Notes under the pieces: generated by a model
The model's database searches: none
Seen by the model: the letters and a program-made list of their open reading frames with translations, nothing else
Told to the model about the DNA's origin: nothing
Shown: positions 50,008 to 52,552 of the stretch, one piece after another
How the letters are laid out: each line of letters begins with the position of its first letter
Position numbering within the stretch: position 1 is the stretch's first letter
Translations under genes and position numbers: made by a program
NCBI RefSeq assembly: GCF_001194135.2
Contig: NC_068988.1
Coordinates: 84,161,469 to 84,214,020, forward strand
DNA: 52,552 nt
Direction of reading: 5' to 3'
Origin: Octopus bimaculoides
Lineage: Eukaryota

Positions 50008-50750
50008 GTACATAATGATATTGGGTATATGTTGAGGCAGAATTATATTGCATTAGATTTTGATACATGATACATGTAGATATCATCATCATCATCATCA
50101 TCATCGTTTAACGTCCGCTTTCCATGCCAGCATGGGTTGGACGATTTGACTGAGGACTGGTGAAACCGGATGGCATCACCAGGCTCCAGTCTGATTTGGC
50201 AGAGTTTCTACAGCTGGATGCCCTTCCTAACGCCAACCACTCAGAGAGTGTAGTGGGTGCTTTTACGTGTCACCCGCACGATACATAATGATATTGTGTG
50301 TGCATTGATACATAAAAATATTGGAGATGGGTGCCAGGTGTATATGAAGGAGTAAAAGTATTGGGTGGGGAGATGTATATTGATACACAATCATGTGTGT
50401 TTTATACATTAAAATAGGGTGGGGTGTAGATGTGATGAGTAGATAGAAATTTGGAGAAGGGGTAGGCATGTATGTGTGTGTGTGTGTGTGTGTGTGTATT
50501 GACACAAAAATATTGGGATGTGTATTGATACATAATCATGATGTGGGTGTTTGCAATAATACATAATGGTATTGTGGGTGTATTGATATAATATTGTGGG
50601 TGTATAATGATATAGTATTGCAAATATTAAAGCTTATCATGCTGCATATGTATTGATAACGTATAATGATATTGTTTTATCAATTCATAATGTTATATTG
50701 TGTGTATAATGACACATAATAAGATATTGTTACGTGGATAACTCAAATGT
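50008..50750. repeat. AT-rich degenerate minisatellite interrupted by an RTE tail
   Basis: Recurrent (G)ATACATAATGATATTG(T/G)G.GTGTATT units on both sides of 50082-50280. Confidence 0.6.
50082..50280 (-). mobile_element. Young RTE 3' end
   Basis: Two substitutions relative to the 2311/16861/52302 copies (GCCAGC, GCATCA). Confidence 0.85.
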
Positions 50751-50945
50751 ATAAACATGAAGAAGCATAGATGCACGTGCATACTCAAATGAGTATGCAT
50801 GCACGTAATCACATGCACTCATTGTTCGAGCAGTGATTCTTTATTTAAGCGTGACATGAACATACAGATATGCACAAAGGCATGTTCCTCTTTACATATA
50901 CATGACTACACCTGTATGTACATACACATGTACTTACACATACAG

Positions 50946-50998
<53 letters not shown>

Positions 50999-52301
50999 GT
51001 ACACAGGCATGTGTACATAGTTATGTAGCATATCTGGAAAATATTTCAGAAATGTCAGATCTATATGTAGTAACACACCTTAAACATAGTCTCAGTATCT
51101 TTCTTTATTTCTTTCTTCTTTCTTTAAATTGTCCCCTTCTTTTATCTATCTATCTATCTATCTATATATANNNNNNNNNNNNNNNNNNNNNNNNNNNNNN
51201 NNNNNNNNNNNNNNNNNNNNNNNNNNNNNNNNNNNNNNNNNNNNNNNNNNNNNNNNNNNNNNNNNNNNNNNNNNNNNNNNNNNNNNNNNNNNNNNNNNNN
51301 NNNNNNNNNNNNNNNNNNNNNNNNNNNNNNNNNNNNNNNNNNNNNNNNNNNNNNNNNNNNNNNNNNNNNNNNNNNNNNNNNNNNNNNNNNNNNNNNNNNN
51401 NNNNNNNNNNNNNNNNNNNNNNNNNNNNNNNNNNNNNNNNNNNNNNNNNNNNNNNNNNNNNNNNNNNNNNNNNNNNNNNNNNNNNNNNNNNNNNNNNNNN
51501 NTTTTCTCTCTCTCTATGTACTATCACATAAATTGCCCTATTTCCCCATCCAATCCATTAGCTTACAATGAATGTTCTGCTACTGCACTATATTTTCCAG
51601 GTTGCTTAGAACAAATTACACAGCCTTGGGTTTCTTTCCCCCGCCTCACCTGCCATTTCTTTCTTTGTAACATTATCTGCTGAGCAACTTTTTTTTTTTT
51701 TTAAACTTTTGTGAATCAAGGTTGATTTCTTTTCTATTTCAATTTTGTGTATTTATTTTGTTTCCGTTGCTTAAATAAGATCAGAATAGCAGAATTCCAG
51801 TGGACAGACTACAGTCTTGATTTCACATTCTCGCTTGGCATTTCAGAGTATTCAGTTTGTGTGTAGATGGATAATATTTCTTTCCTACCAACAACAGGCC
51901 TGGTCTGAAATGTTACTCTATTTGATCTCATGACACACTCCCTTGATATATTACATCTTTTCTCTACAGCCAATGAATGAGCCTCTACATAGTCACTTGA
52001 TCTGCTAGAAATAGCAACCAGTCCCTCACAAATCACACTGTCTTTATGAAAAAAAAAAAAAAAAAGACATATTAGATGATATAGCCCTAGGTATAGTCAT
52101 CATGAATTGTTTACATGATGGCAGTGTGATATGTGGGAGACAGATTGCTGTTTCTAGCAGGCTGAGTGGTCATGTGGAGACACACTTGTTCCACAAAGGC
52201 TGGAATATCTTTTAAGTCTGCTCAATCAAAGTTGATGTCAGGCTAAACAACATGGTATGGATATTTCCTCTTCCTCTTGACCAAACCAATGATGCTACTC
52301 T

Positions 52302-52552
52302 ATCATCATCATCATCATCATCATCGTTTAACGTCCGCTTTCCATGCTAGCATGGGTTGGACGATTTGACTGAGGACTGGTGAAACCGGATGGCAACACC
52401 AGGCTCCAGTCTGATTTGGCAGAGTTTCTACAGCTGGATGCCCTTCCTAACGCCAACCACTCAGAGAGTGTAGTGGGTGCTTTTACGTGTCACCCGCACG
52501 AAAACGGCCACGCTCGAAATGGTGTCTTTTATGTGCCACCCGCACAAGCCAG
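52302..52552 (-). mobile_element. Young RTE 3' end running off the window
   Basis: (ATC)n tail plus sequence identical to the 2311 and 16861 copies over the shared length. Confidence 0.85.

Overview
AT-rich, repeat-dense eukaryotic genomic DNA with many (TA)n/(CA)n microsatellites and N gaps. The repeat families look like octopus/cephalopod DNA (inference). No complete protein-coding gene is supported, only two low-confidence first-exon candidates near 31.2 kb (-) and 35.3 kb (+). Recognisable content: the 3' end of a Penelope-like retroelement (GIY-YIG endonuclease), RTE LINE fragments with near-identical young 3' tails, tRNA-derived SINEs, two mariner relics, two Sola2-like transposase relics (one with both TIRs), piggyBac-type MITEs, Helitron-like 3' ends and a foldback element. 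The main unexpected signal is nine type I hammerhead ribozyme motifs plus one relic, from several sequence families and mostly flanked by TA microsatellite. One lies in the Penelope 3' region, and two lie in a head-to-head palindrome of a tRNA-headed SINE. All folds and family assignments were made by eye and have not been computed.
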